From the NCBI GenBank assembly GCA_964351955.1, contig CAYGQG010000002.1, positions 1 to 45,517 on the forward strand: a stretch of 45,517 nt of DNA, given 5' to 3'. This stretch comes from an uncultured Micavibrio sp. (GTDB taxonomy: Bacteria; Pseudomonadota; Alphaproteobacteria; Micavibrionales; Micavibrionaceae). Of the stretch, positions 9,463 through 18,756 are shown piece after piece. Position numbers and translations under genes: made by a program. Within the stretch, counting starts at the first letter, position 1. Each line of letters begins with the position of its first letter. A model generated the notes under the pieces. The model did no database searches. It worked only from the letters and a program-made list of their open reading frames with translations, and had not been told where the DNA came from.

Positions 9463-10554
9463 ATGAAAATTTTATACGGCATGAACGGCGTTGGTAACGG
9501 GCATATCTCCCGTGCGCGTTTACTCGTGCCGAAATTACGCGCCGCGGGTGCCGAGGTGAATTGTATTCTTTCGGGTCGTCCTGCCGAGGATTGCCCTGAT
9601 CTGAGCGAGTTGGGTGATGTGAGTTTCCGCAAGGGTTTGAGCATTGCCTTTGATGACGGCAACATGGATTTCTTCAAAAACTCTGTCATGCTCGCTACGC
9701 AGTTTCCGAATTTAATCAAAGAAGTCGCAACGCTCGATACGCATGATTACGATCTGATCGTGAGTGATTTCGAGCCTGTTTGCGCATGGGCCGGTAAAAT
9801 ACAAGGTACGCCAACTATCGGGATTGCCAACCATCACGCGTTGGAATACGACGTGCCCAGAACGTCGCCGTATTCTCCGTTTATGCTTTTTATGCGCGGA
9901 ATATTGCCCGCAGATACCAAATTATCGACACATTACGACCATTTTAAGCAGCCGATCTTACCGCCATTCCAGACCTCTATGACGGCGGGCGAGACAGACC
10001 CGAAAAAAATTCTGGTCTATCTGAATTTCGAAAATCTCGACAATATCGCGAGCTTCGTCGCGCCCTATGATGATCATGATTTTTATATCTATAGCGCTGC
10101 TGTTGATCAGCCCCTTGATCAAGGCAACATGCATTTCCGCCCACTTTCCAAAGAAGGCTTTCGTGAAGACTTCCAGACATGCTCGGGCGTGATCACCAAT
10201 GCGGGCTTCATGACCACAACCGAAGCGTTGCAAATGGGCAAGAAAATTCTGGTTAAACCCGCCATCGGACAGAAAGAACAAGAGTCCAATGTTATTGCAC
10301 TCGAAGAGCTTGGTTACGCGACCGGAATGAACGAGCTGGACGGTAGCGTATTGCAGGAATGGTTGAAACAGAACACCGCGACAAAGATGACATGCCCGGA
10401 TACGGCGCAAGCCATGGTCGACTGGATCATGAAAGGCGAATGGACGGATACGTCCGAGCTGGTTCGTGATTTATGGGATCAGGTGGAGCATGAAACCGTG
10501 CAAACTGCATCCAACGGAAACAACCCAACCGGGCCACTCGCAGACGTTGGCTAA
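9463..10554 (+). CDS. GT-B glycosyltransferase family protein (MJ1255/UDP-glycosyltransferase-like)
   Basis: 363 aa. The N-terminus MKILYGMNGVGNGHISRARLL..L..AGAEV and the C-terminal ITNAGFMTTTEAL..GKKILVKP..GQ.EQ..N resemble the MurG/MJ1255-type donor-binding region. Confidence 0.65.
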   Translation: MKILYGMNGVGNGHISRARLLVPKLRAAGAEVNCILSGRPAEDCPDLSELGDVSFRKGLSIAFDDGNMDFFKNSVMLATQFPNLIKEVATLDTHDYDLIVSDFEPVCAWAGKIQGTPTIGIANHHALEYDVPRTSPYSPFMLFMRGILPADTKLSTHYDHFKQPILPPFQTSMTAGETDPKKILVYLNFENLDNIASFVAPYDDHDFYIYSAAVDQPLDQGNMHFRPLSKEGFREDFQTCSGVITNAGFMTTTEALQMGKKILVKPAIGQKEQESNVIALEELGYATGMNELDGSVLQEWLKQNTATKMTCPDTAQAMVDWIMKGEWTDTSELVRDLWDQVEHETVQTASNGNNPTGPLADVG

Positions 10555-10618
10555 TCTTCATCTTCCTCAGGAATACAGCACGGGCAGCCCGCGCCATGCC
10601 CTTTCGGGGCGATATGCG

Positions 10619-10637
10619 AACCTGTCACAGGTTTTTT
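10619..10637 (+). terminator. possible small intrinsic terminator after the glycosyltransferase gene
   Basis: AACCTG-tca-CAGGTT stem (6 bp, 3-nt loop) running into six T residues, 65 nt after the stop codon. Confidence 0.35.
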
Positions 10638-10710
10638 AACTGCGTCTTTTTCTTGAGTGCTCATGCGGCATTTGATAAAGCAAACAGATGAATAATTAAA
10701 GGATTATCTG

Positions 10711-10941
10711 ATGAGCCAGCTTTCACTCGACGATGCTAAAGACGCGATCTATGAATCTCTGAACAAAGACAATGAAGATATTGATGCCCATATCCTCAAC
10801 CTTAAAGATGCCATGAAAGCGGATGGTGTCACAGAAGCCAGTTTTGATTCTGCCAAGCTTTCGCAGAATAACCGCGCAGGTCGTAAGATGATGCAAAGCT
10901 ATTTCAAGAAGCGCGGTGTGAAGGTGGTCTTTGACTCCTAG
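10711..10941 (+). CDS. hypothetical small protein (76 aa)
   Basis: AAAGGA lies 8 nt upstream of the ATG. The 3' end overlaps the TTG start of the RluA-family gene by 11 nt, which suggests coupling. No recognisable motif. Confidence 0.45.
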   Translation: MSQLSLDDAKDAIYESLNKDNEDIDAHILNLKDAMKADGVTEASFDSAKLSQNNRAGRKMMQSYFKKRGVKVVFDS

Positions 10942-11590
10942 ACCCCTTCAGTATAATCCGCCGCAGGATGCTCTATCCATTCTGTATCAGGATGACGATC
11001 TTCTCGTTCTATCCAAACCCAGTGGTCTTTTGAGTGTGCCGGGAAAATCCGAAGACCATGCAGATTCACTTGAAACCAGAGCCAAAGCACAATTCCCGCA
11101 AGCCCTGCTGATCCATCGTCTTGATCTGGAAACAAGCGGTGTGTTTATCATGGCGATGAACAAAGCTGCGCAAGCCAATCTGGGTAAGCAATTCGAGCGC
11201 CGTAAAACCGAAAAAACCTACATTGCCCGCGTTTGGGGCAGCCCCGAGCAAGACGAAGGGCATATCGATCTGCCATTACGGTGTGATTGGGACAATCGTC
11301 CACGGCAAATGGTCTGTCATGAGCACGGTAAGCCCGCACAAACCGCGTGGAAGGTTTTGGACCGCGCAGAGGATATAACACGGCTTGAACTAACGCCACA
11401 TACAGGACGATCCCATCAGTTACGGGTACACTGCGCCGAAATTGGCCACCCTATACTCGGCGATCCGTTCTACGCGCCCGAAGATGTTTATGAGGCTGCG
11501 GAGCGTCTGCAATTACACGCTGTAACCCTTGGCCTATACCATCCGAATACGGGTGATAAGATTTTTTTTAGTGATCCGGCATTGTTTTAA
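10931..11590 (+). CDS. RluA family pseudouridine synthase
   Basis: 219 aa. LLVLSKPSGLLSVPG, the catalytic HRLDLETSGV, and GRSHQLRVH. Confidence 0.85.
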   Translation: MTPRPLQYNPPQDALSILYQDDDLLVLSKPSGLLSVPGKSEDHADSLETRAKAQFPQALLIHRLDLETSGVFIMAMNKAAQANLGKQFERRKTEKTYIARVWGSPEQDEGHIDLPLRCDWDNRPRQMVCHEHGKPAQTAWKVLDRAEDITRLELTPHTGRSHQLRVHCAEIGHPILGDPFYAPEDVYEAAERLQLHAVTLGLYHPNTGDKIFFSDPALF

Positions 11591-11649
11591 GGCCGTATAA
11601 ACATAGGTCATTTAGGGTATATTTTCTTAGCAGAGATTACAGGTGGGGC

Positions 11650-12696
11650 ATGTCAGACAAAAAATCTATAAAAGTTGTTGATCTCGCATACGCACAGGCA
11701 GAAAAGCCCATCCCCGGCGCGCCTATCATCGAAATGAATGATGATCACGGCTGTATTCCGCAGCATTTTTTAACGTATAATCACAGCTACGAAAGCGTAG
11801 CAGCCATTATCAACGATATTGAATTCTCGGATAAATATCCCGTTTTTGTCTGTAAGGATGAAACAGGTCTATACATTCAAGTCGGGATTATCGGTTACGA
11901 TAACTACAAGCCGAAATCCAAGAATGATCCGCAATATATCGTTTATGGACGCAAATGGCGCGTAGAGCCTAATTTACCCAGCGGCGAGGTCATCCAGACC
12001 ATATTTCTAGCTCTGAAAAAAGCACGTGAGCACGAATTGCGTGAATTACTGCGGTTAAAAAATAGCAAAACGGGCAAGCGCAGTACCCCGTTTAGCGGTC
12101 ATCACGACATTCCGTATATGGCACAGATCATGCCAACAATGGAACGTTGTTCTAATGGTTATGGCGCGTTGAAAGAAAATGAGTTGAACGTTTTTTTACA
12201 GCAGCTTGATTTCGATCAAGAGCCTTTTGAATTGCACGGTATAGAGAAATGCAAAAACGGCAAATACGTTATAGATCTCGAAATCGTCCCGCCGGCCGAC
12301 AGCAAGCATACCCATGTTTTTTCTACGCTTCTCAATACGCCGTTCAGCATTCTGGTCGACAACCTACAGCCGAATACTCTGTACCATGCGATTATGGCCG
12401 AGCTGATTGTGATCAGTGACCGCAGTGTTGATGAGAATTTTAAATATCGCGGTTTCAAGCGGTTTAGCCATAAAAACAGCATCGATGATATTGGCGAAAT
12501 TTCCATCATGCTCCGCAATAATAAGGCATTAAATGATTGCCCCGAGTTTTTCGTCAATTTCAAAAACACAAATTACAACGTAGATGCCACCCGCGTGCCC
12601 TTGCTTCATCATCACGACCTGACCCAGAAGATCATTGATCAGCTTAAGTCCTTTGGGCGTTTGCAGGGCCATTTGCCCAAACATATTTCTTCTTAA
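11650..12696 (+). CDS. hypothetical protein (348 aa), no recognised domain
   Basis: Long open frame with a good RBS (AGGTGGGG, 3 nt before the ATG). Composition is visibly AT-richer than the flanks. No signal peptide or TM segment. Confidence 0.6.
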   Translation: MSDKKSIKVVDLAYAQAEKPIPGAPIIEMNDDHGCIPQHFLTYNHSYESVAAIINDIEFSDKYPVFVCKDETGLYIQVGIIGYDNYKPKSKNDPQYIVYGRKWRVEPNLPSGEVIQTIFLALKKAREHELRELLRLKNSKTGKRSTPFSGHHDIPYMAQIMPTMERCSNGYGALKENELNVFLQQLDFDQEPFELHGIEKCKNGKYVIDLEIVPPADSKHTHVFSTLLNTPFSILVDNLQPNTLYHAIMAELIVISDRSVDENFKYRGFKRFSHKNSIDDIGEISIMLRNNKALNDCPEFFVNFKNTNYNVDATRVPLLHHHDLTQKIIDQLKSFGRLQGHLPKHISS

Positions 12697-12742
12697 ATCA
12701 ACATGCTTGAATTTCGCTCTGCTCTACGGCACACTGCCGCGC

Positions 12743-13816
12743 ATGAGTGAAAAGCTGAAAATCCTACATATCGTTGCCGGAGCGCCAACAGGCGGGGCCG
12801 AACAATTTAGTCAAGACGCGATGTGCGCATTGCACGAACGCGGCGTGGAGCAGCGTGTTTTATGCCGCCCGCACCCAAACCGCGTCAATGCAATGACCGA
12901 GCGTGCCATCGCTTACACACCTTTGACGTTTAGCCGTTTCAAAAAACGCGCAGAGCAAAAAATCATCAAAGAAGCGATTGCCGAGTTTAAACCCGACCTC
13001 GTCCATTGCTGGATGAGCCGTGCGGCATCATTCATGCCAGCGGGTACGGGTGTTCCTGTATTGGGGTGGTTCGGCGGATATTATGATTTGAAGAACTACA
13101 CCAATTGCGATTTCTACATGGGCGTTACACGCGATATTGTTCGTCACATTAAAGAAAATATCGCGGATCAGAGCCGCGCATTTGTCGGCCATACATTTGG
13201 TACATTGCCCGAAGATGCACCCGTGACCCGCGCAGAATTCGATATCCCCGAAGATGCGAAAGTTGTTCTGCTGCTGTCACGCATGCATTGGAAAAAGGGT
13301 GTAGATACGTTGCTGGAAGCGGCGGATGCGACCACGCCGAATATCTATTACTTGCTGGCGGGTGATGGACCGGACCAGAAAAAATACGAAAAAATGTGCA
13401 GCAAAATGGGTTTGGATGATCGAGTTCGTTTTCTTGGCTGGCGCAATGATCGTGCAGCATTATTGAACATTTCGGATATTTGCGTATTGCCCTCACGTTA
13501 CGAGCCGTTCGGTACAGTGATTGCGGAAAGCTGGTTTGCCGGCGTGCCGTTGATTGCAGCGAAAGCCGCAGGGGCGAGCCAGTATGTCAGCCATGAAGAA
13601 GATGGGTTGCTGCATGATATTGATGATGCGCATACGCTGGCGGCACAGATACAACAAATTGCAAATGATGACGCGCTGGCCGATAAATTAATCAAAGGCG
13701 GTCAAAAAACATACGAAGAATTGTTCAGCAAAAAAGTGGTGATTGATACGCTTGTTGATCATTACAAACAGATGCTCGCGACCGCGGAAGATCAGCCAAA
13801 AAGCGCAGCACAATAA
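12743..13816 (+). CDS. GT4-type (GT-B) glycosyltransferase
   Basis: I placed the start at MSEKLKILHIVAGAPTGGAEQF, a typical GT4 N-terminus. The C-terminal ..LPSRYEPFGTVIAESWFAGVPLIA.. carries the E-x7-E region. The ORF-track start at 12635 adds a non-homologous leader. Confidence 0.8.
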   Translation: MSEKLKILHIVAGAPTGGAEQFSQDAMCALHERGVEQRVLCRPHPNRVNAMTERAIAYTPLTFSRFKKRAEQKIIKEAIAEFKPDLVHCWMSRAASFMPAGTGVPVLGWFGGYYDLKNYTNCDFYMGVTRDIVRHIKENIADQSRAFVGHTFGTLPEDAPVTRAEFDIPEDAKVVLLLSRMHWKKGVDTLLEAADATTPNIYYLLAGDGPDQKKYEKMCSKMGLDDRVRFLGWRNDRAALLNISDICVLPSRYEPFGTVIAESWFAGVPLIAAKAAGASQYVSHEEDGLLHDIDDAHTLAAQIQQIANDDALADKLIKGGQKTYEELFSKKVVIDTLVDHYKQMLATAEDQPKSAAQ

Positions 13817-13828
13817 TTCCGTTATAAT

Positions 13829-14317
13829 TTATCGTTTTTTGAGGTGCGGCGAGAATTTGAACGCCTGCACCATCGCGCTATCCTCGATGGATTCTTTGTA
13901 ATCATCCGCTGTCATATGCGACATAGGATTGGGTTCGTCCTGTACCTTGCTCACAGCCTGTTTTGCTTTTTGGTATTTATCGCTGTTTAACTCGGATTTG
14001 AGTTGTTGCAACTCCTCATCCTGCTCGACCAACTCGACATACGGCTCTTTGATCGTGGACGGGACGGTGCCAAGCAGATTTTCAATGCCGAATAACTCGT
14101 CTTCCGATGCGCCGAAATTGCGGAACATTTCGATGATTTCACCCCACATTTCATCAACGTTACCAACAGTACCGGTCTCAGACATCTCGCGCAATTTGTC
14201 CATGCTCATTTCTGTGGCTTTTTGGGCGTGGACCAGCTTCTTCAACACGATTTCGTGGTGCTTCAAGTAATGCTCCAGCACTGTTTGCATCAAATCTTTG
14301 GTGTCATTCTGATCCAT
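13829..14317 (-). CDS. hypothetical acidic helical protein (162 aa), downstream of the CheY-like gene
   Basis: Open frame 18 nt after the response-regulator stop, with AAGGA in the gap. Rich in E, D and K. No recognised motif. Confidence 0.55.
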   Translation of the reverse strand: MDQNDTKDLMQTVLEHYLKHHEIVLKKLVHAQKATEMSMDKLREMSETGTVGNVDEMWGEIIEMFRNFGASEDELFGIENLLGTVPSTIKEPYVELVEQDEELQQLKSELNSDKYQKAKQAVSKVQDEPNPMSHMTADDYKESIEDSAMVQAFKFSPHLKKR

Positions 14318-14335
14318 AATTTAAACGTCTATCCT

Positions 14336-14827
14336 TTACGCTCGTTTTTGTCTGCGGTCGGGTCCTGTGTATTCCGGCCAATTCAGGCGACGGCGGTCCG
14401 GTCCGAAATAATCCGCAACATCTACTATCTCGCGGGGATTATCGATTACATAAGCTATACGTGTAGCCAAATCGTTTACTGAGAAAGGTTTAAGCAGAAA
14501 CTCATTTACGCCGAGATCAATTGCTTTTTTGACGTTTTCAAGGTCGGTGTAGCCCGACATCAAAATAATCGGTGTCGGGTTCTTGGATACTTTATTAAGA
14601 CCCCGAATAGCACTTGTAAGCTGTAAACCATCCATATCCTTCATATTCCAGTCGGTCAGGATCAGATCGGGCTTAAGCGTTTTGTACTCAGCCAATGCAT
14701 CTTCGCCGCATCTAACGGAAATGCATTCTTTTACTTTTAAGGTGCGGAAAATATTATCGATGACCATTGAAATGGTTGCATCATCGTCCACTACCAACAC
14801 TGTTAAGTCTTTAAAATTATATGCCAC
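14336..14827 (-). CDS. single-domain CheY-like response regulator with an Arg-rich C-terminal tail
   Basis: 163 aa. The receiver residues are VLVVDDD, LILTDWNM (phospho-Asp), IILMSGY and FLLKPF. The tail reads YFGPDRRRLNWPEYTGPDRRQKRA. Confidence 0.85.
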   Translation of the reverse strand: MAYNFKDLTVLVVDDDATISMVIDNIFRTLKVKECISVRCGEDALAEYKTLKPDLILTDWNMKDMDGLQLTSAIRGLNKVSKNPTPIILMSGYTDLENVKKAIDLGVNEFLLKPFSVNDLATRIAYVIDNPREIVDVADYFGPDRRRLNWPEYTGPDRRQKRA

Positions 14828-15012
14828 TAGAGAAATACTTTTTATTGAAATTCATTCAGTTATTTCAATCTACTAAAGTGGCGCAGCATAGGCAACGGCG
14901 AAATTCATTACACTCCCCTTTAACCTTTCCCCTTATACCTTAATTGTAGCATTTTCGGACATGGTATGTCGAAAAATGGCTAGGTGTTTTAACGTCTGGT
15001 AAGCTGCTGGCC

Positions 15013-15597
15013 TTATCTCAATGCTTTTTTAACCGTCTTTTTCAATTCCGGTAATAATGTCTCTTCAAACCACGGGTTTTTCTTCAGCCATATATTATTG
15101 CGCGGGCTAGGGTGTGGAAGTGGAAACACAGACGGCGCATATTCACGCCAATTTCTAACCGTTTCCGTCAGGTTTTTATGCATTTCCCCCTGCAAATGCC
15201 AGGCTTGCGCGTATTGGCCAATTGCCAGTGTGAGCGTGATATTCGGAGCAATTGCGAGCAGTTTATCACGCCAAGCGGGGGCACATTCCTTTCGCGGGGG
15301 TAAATCGCCGCTTTTACCCGTTCCGGGATAACAAAACCCCATGGGTAGGATCGCGATCAGTGAACGGTCATAGAACGCTTCTGTATTGATGCCCGTCCAT
15401 TCCCGCAGGCGATCCCCTGACGGATCGGTAAAAGGGCGGCCTGATTCATGCACGCGTATGCCGGGCGCTTGGCCTGCAATAAGAATTTTTGCAGTTGGAG
15501 AAATCTGGAATACTGGGCGCGGGCCGAGCGGCAAATCAGCACACAGCGTACACGCTCTGGCCTCGTTAATCAGGTTTTCGGATGTCGCATTCGTCAT
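15013..15597 (-). CDS. uracil-DNA glycosylase superfamily protein
   Basis: 194 aa. ILIAGQAPG (motif A) and LPHPSPRN (motif B). Confidence 0.8.
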   Translation of the reverse strand: MTNATSENLINEARACTLCADLPLGPRPVFQISPTAKILIAGQAPGIRVHESGRPFTDPSGDRLREWTGINTEAFYDRSLIAILPMGFCYPGTGKSGDLPPRKECAPAWRDKLLAIAPNITLTLAIGQYAQAWHLQGEMHKNLTETVRNWREYAPSVFPLPHPSPRNNIWLKKNPWFEETLLPELKKTVKKALR

Positions 15598-15651
15598 ACA
15601 GACAGTAATTTATACTGATGAAAGACGAAGGGAAGTGAAGAAACGGCAGCG

Positions 15652-16362
15652 CTATAATTTTTGCGAATACCAGGCACTAATCAATAAGGATTGGAAAAAC
15701 TTTACAGGCTGTGGCAAGCCTGCATTTTTCAAGAACTGTTCCATCGCTGATGCAGGCAAAACGGACAAATGCTCGGCCATCATCTTTTTCAAATCAGCAG
15801 CATCTGCTCCCTTCTCTCCTCTTTCTTGCTGCAAATTTAACCATTTTTCAAAAATATCGTCATACAGCGGCGAGGTCGTATCATAGCTTATATCTGCGTT
15901 GATCAAATACCCTTTGGGTTTCAATCGCACCGCCATAGCGTCGAATGTTTTCTGCCGTTCTTGGTCGTCCTTGATGAAATGCGTGACCAGCAAACATAAA
16001 ACCGCGTCGAACGTTTCATTATCAGGAACGTCATCGGCATATCCGGTGATCAATGTGCAACGATCGTTGATGCCTTCATGTTTCAGCTTTTCTTCACAAA
16101 CTTCCAACATAGATGCCGACGGATCAACGCCGATAAAGCGCCAATCAGGGAAGGCCTCCGCCAAATATAGAATTTCCGCAACCGTACCTGCGCCGACACA
16201 TAAAATACGCGCATCGGCAGGTAAATCCTTGAGAACCAGACGAATGAGTAAATGCAGATTGCTACTTATCGGTGCAAGTCTTGCATTCCGTTCATCGTAG
16301 GAATCTGAAGCCTTTTTGTCGAAAAATTGTTCAGCACTTTTTTTGACGCGCTCTACTCCCAC
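15652..16362 (-). CDS. class I SAM-dependent methyltransferase
   Basis: 236 aa. [11 protein letters not shown] (motif I, GxGxG-like) followed by FIGVDPS. It overlaps the guaA stop by 10 nt. Confidence 0.75.
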   Translation of the reverse strand: MGVERVKKSAEQFFDKKASDSYDERNARLAPISSNLHLLIRLVLKDLPADARILCVGAGTVAEILYLAEAFPDWRFIGVDPSASMLEVCEEKLKHEGINDRCTLITGYADDVPDNETFDAVLCLLVTHFIKDDQERQKTFDAMAVRLKPKGYLINADISYDTTSPLYDDIFEKWLNLQQERGEKGADAADLKKMMAEHLSVLPASAMEQFLKNAGLPQPVKFFQSLLISAWYSQKL

Positions 16363-17984
16363 TCGATGGTGCCGGGTGGTTTGGAGGTGATGTCGTAGGT
16401 GACGCGGTTGATGCCGTGAACTTCGTTGATGATACGCGTGGAGACGCGGCCCAAGAATTCATGGCTGAACGGGTAGTAATCTGCCGTCATGCCGTCCGTT
16501 GAGGTGACAGCGCGCAAGGCACACACATAATCATATGTACGACCATCGCCCATAACACCAACGGTTTTGACAGGCAGGAGCACAGCAAAGGCTTGCCAAA
16601 TTTCATCGTACAGTCCGGCTTTGCGGATTTCATCGAGATAGACGGTGTCAGCTTTGCGCAAGATTTGTAATTTTTCTTCCGTGATTTCACCAGGCATACG
16701 GATCGCCAAACCCGGACCGGGGAATGGATGGCGTTTGACGAAATCTTCGTGCATGCCCAGCTCAACGCCCAGCGCGCGCACTTCATCTTTGAACAATTCA
16801 CGTAAAGGTTCGACCAGTTGCATATTCATACGCTCTGGCAAGCCGCCGACATTGTGGTGGGATTTAATCGTCACGCTCGGCCCGCCCGTAAAGGACACGG
16901 ATTCAATCACGTCAGGATACAGTGTTCCTTGCGCCAAGAATTTCGCATCGCCGATTTCTTTAGCGCGTTTTTCGAACACTTCGATGAACAGGCGACCAAT
17001 GATTTTACGTTTTTCTTCGGGGTCGGATTTACCTTCCAACTCACCAAGAAACAGGTCACCGACCTCCTCATGGATCAGAGGAATGTTGTAATGATCACGG
17101 AACAGCTCGACTACTTGTGCGCTTTCGTTGCTACGCATCAGCCCTGTATCAACGTAAATACAGGTCAGGTTCTCGCCAATCGCTTCGTGCAAAAGAACAG
17201 CGGTCACGCTTGAATCTACGCCACCAGATAAGCCACATATAACTTTTGCATCACCAACTTGCTCACGAATTTTCTGCACCGCTTCCTCGCGGAAAGCCGC
17301 CATCGTCCAGTCGCCTGAACAGCCGCAGATATTGTGCGTGAAGTTACGGTACAGTTCTGCTCCGTGCGGGGTGTGCACAACTTCGGGGTGGAATTGTACG
17401 GCATAAAAACGGCGGTCAGTATCAGCGATAAACGCATAAGGGGCACCTTCGGATTTGGCAATCACGCGGAAACCATCGGGCAGTTCAGCTACATGATCGC
17501 CATGGCTCATCCATACTTGTTCTTCGTTACCCGGGCTCCAGACACCTGCGGCGATTTTGGATTCATCGACGACCTCGACTGTGGCGCGACCGAATTCGCG
17601 ACCACCGCCGCTTTTATCCGCTTCGCCTTCAACCTTTCCGCCCAGTTGCGTCACCATCATTTGCTGGCCGTAACATATGGCGAAAATGGGTAAGCCAAGG
17701 TCGTAAATAAATTCGGGTGCCATAGGCGCATCGTCGTCGAGTACACTGCACGGTCCGCCGGAAAAGATAATCCCTTTAGGGTCGAACGCCTTAACCTTGG
17801 CTTCATCGACTTGATTGAACGGCCAAATTTCACAGTAAACGCCGCTTTCGCGCAGACGGCGGGCGATGAGCTGGGTTACCTGTGATCCGAAATCGAGGAT
17901 GAGGATATGTTCATGTTTTTCATGTACTTCAAGGTCTGGGGCATCGGTTTGGGAAGCAGTGGTCATATCGGGCTGTACTGACAT
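16353..17984 (-). CDS. guaA: GMP synthase (glutamine-hydrolysing)
   Basis: 543 aa. [15 protein letters not shown] (GATase Cys), SGGVDSSV (PP-loop) and the C-terminal KPPGTIEWE. Confidence 0.95.
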   Translation of the reverse strand: MSVQPDMTTASQTDAPDLEVHEKHEHILILDFGSQVTQLIARRLRESGVYCEIWPFNQVDEAKVKAFDPKGIIFSGGPCSVLDDDAPMAPEFIYDLGLPIFAICYGQQMMVTQLGGKVEGEADKSGGGREFGRATVEVVDESKIAAGVWSPGNEEQVWMSHGDHVAELPDGFRVIAKSEGAPYAFIADTDRRFYAVQFHPEVVHTPHGAELYRNFTHNICGCSGDWTMAAFREEAVQKIREQVGDAKVICGLSGGVDSSVTAVLLHEAIGENLTCIYVDTGLMRSNESAQVVELFRDHYNIPLIHEEVGDLFLGELEGKSDPEEKRKIIGRLFIEVFEKRAKEIGDAKFLAQGTLYPDVIESVSFTGGPSVTIKSHHNVGGLPERMNMQLVEPLRELFKDEVRALGVELGMHEDFVKRHPFPGPGLAIRMPGEITEEKLQILRKADTVYLDEIRKAGLYDEIWQAFAVLLPVKTVGVMGDGRTYDYVCALRAVTSTDGMTADYYPFSHEFLGRVSTRIINEVHGINRVTYDITSKPPGTIEWE

Positions 17985-17990
17985 TAGGGC

Positions 17991-18647
17991 TTATTCTTCT
18001 TCTTGTTCGTTGTCTTCATTATCTTGCGGAAAGCTATGTTCTTCCTTAAGAACAGCCTCATTATTAAATTCACATTTCATAACCAAGCGCGGTGGGCTTA
18101 GCTCCGTAAAATCTTCTTTACGCTGCTCGAAATACTCGTGGCATTTTTGCGCACACATTGTGTCATCAAGTGCGAAGAGGCGCTGCGCGTTCTGACCATA
18201 ATTTTCATATGTATCGTCGATAAAGACCTGGTCCTCATACATGCATCTTTCTTCGTATATGAGTTCACATTTAGGCGGGTCCAGACATTTCATATGCTGC
18301 CAAGCGCCGCAGCGACCGTATTTACACAGCGGTTTTATTTCGCCGATGTAATCGCTTTGGGTTAAACGCATGCAATTAAGGACGCGTGGATCTTGGTGCA
18401 GTCTTTCGTAATAGCGTTTCTCGGCCTGTTGTCGCCAATCCTTGTTGATGGCAATGACATCGTAACAGCCATAGTAAAACAGCTCACAGTCCGAATCAGT
18501 CTCGCACATACGCCAATCAGAGCGCGGACGCTCTTTATACGAAAACTTTGTATCGTGATCGATTTGTGAGAAATTCGGCAACTCTGTCTGGGCAAACGCC
18601 GTGTTCACCGAAATGCAAAGCAAAACCAAAATATAAAACCATTTCAT
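17991..18647 (-). CDS. secreted cysteine-rich hypothetical protein
   Basis: 218 aa. Signal peptide MKWFYILVLLCISVNTAFA-Q. I count 12 Cys in the mature part. The tail is acidic (DNEDNEQEEE). It ends 6 nt upstream of guaA on the same strand. Confidence 0.6.
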   Translation of the reverse strand: MKWFYILVLLCISVNTAFAQTELPNFSQIDHDTKFSYKERPRSDWRMCETDSDCELFYYGCYDVIAINKDWRQQAEKRYYERLHQDPRVLNCMRLTQSDYIGEIKPLCKYGRCGAWQHMKCLDPPKCELIYEERCMYEDQVFIDDTYENYGQNAQRLFALDDTMCAQKCHEYFEQRKEDFTELSPPRLVMKCEFNNEAVLKEEHSFPQDNEDNEQEEE

Positions 18648-18756
18648 GCTAGTGGTTTACGCGAAAACAGCCCTATCTGTAAAGATGCGTCGGCATTATC
18701 AGGCAAAATAAAATCGCGACTTGCCATACTGCGATGTTTTGCGTAATTGAGTAACT

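Noticed and set aside
10551-10664. A 37-aa minus-strand micro-ORF, MSTQEKDAVKKPVTGSHIAPKGHGAGCPCCIPEEDED, with a CPCC motif, convergent with and overlapping the glycosyltransferase stop.
   Set aside because: It has no SD upstream of its ATG. It also spans the AACCTG-tca-CAGGTT-TTTT palindrome, which is better explained as the plus-strand terminator. It is worth a tblastn check, but I cannot support it from sequence alone.
14828-15012. The 185-nt spacer between the uracil-DNA glycosylase gene and the CheY-like gene, examined for an sRNA, a tRNA or a CtrA-type TTAA-N7-TTAA site.
   Set aside because: I found no stable hairpin with a U-tract, no tRNA features, and no correctly spaced TTAA half-sites. 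It most likely just holds the promoter of the response-regulator operon.
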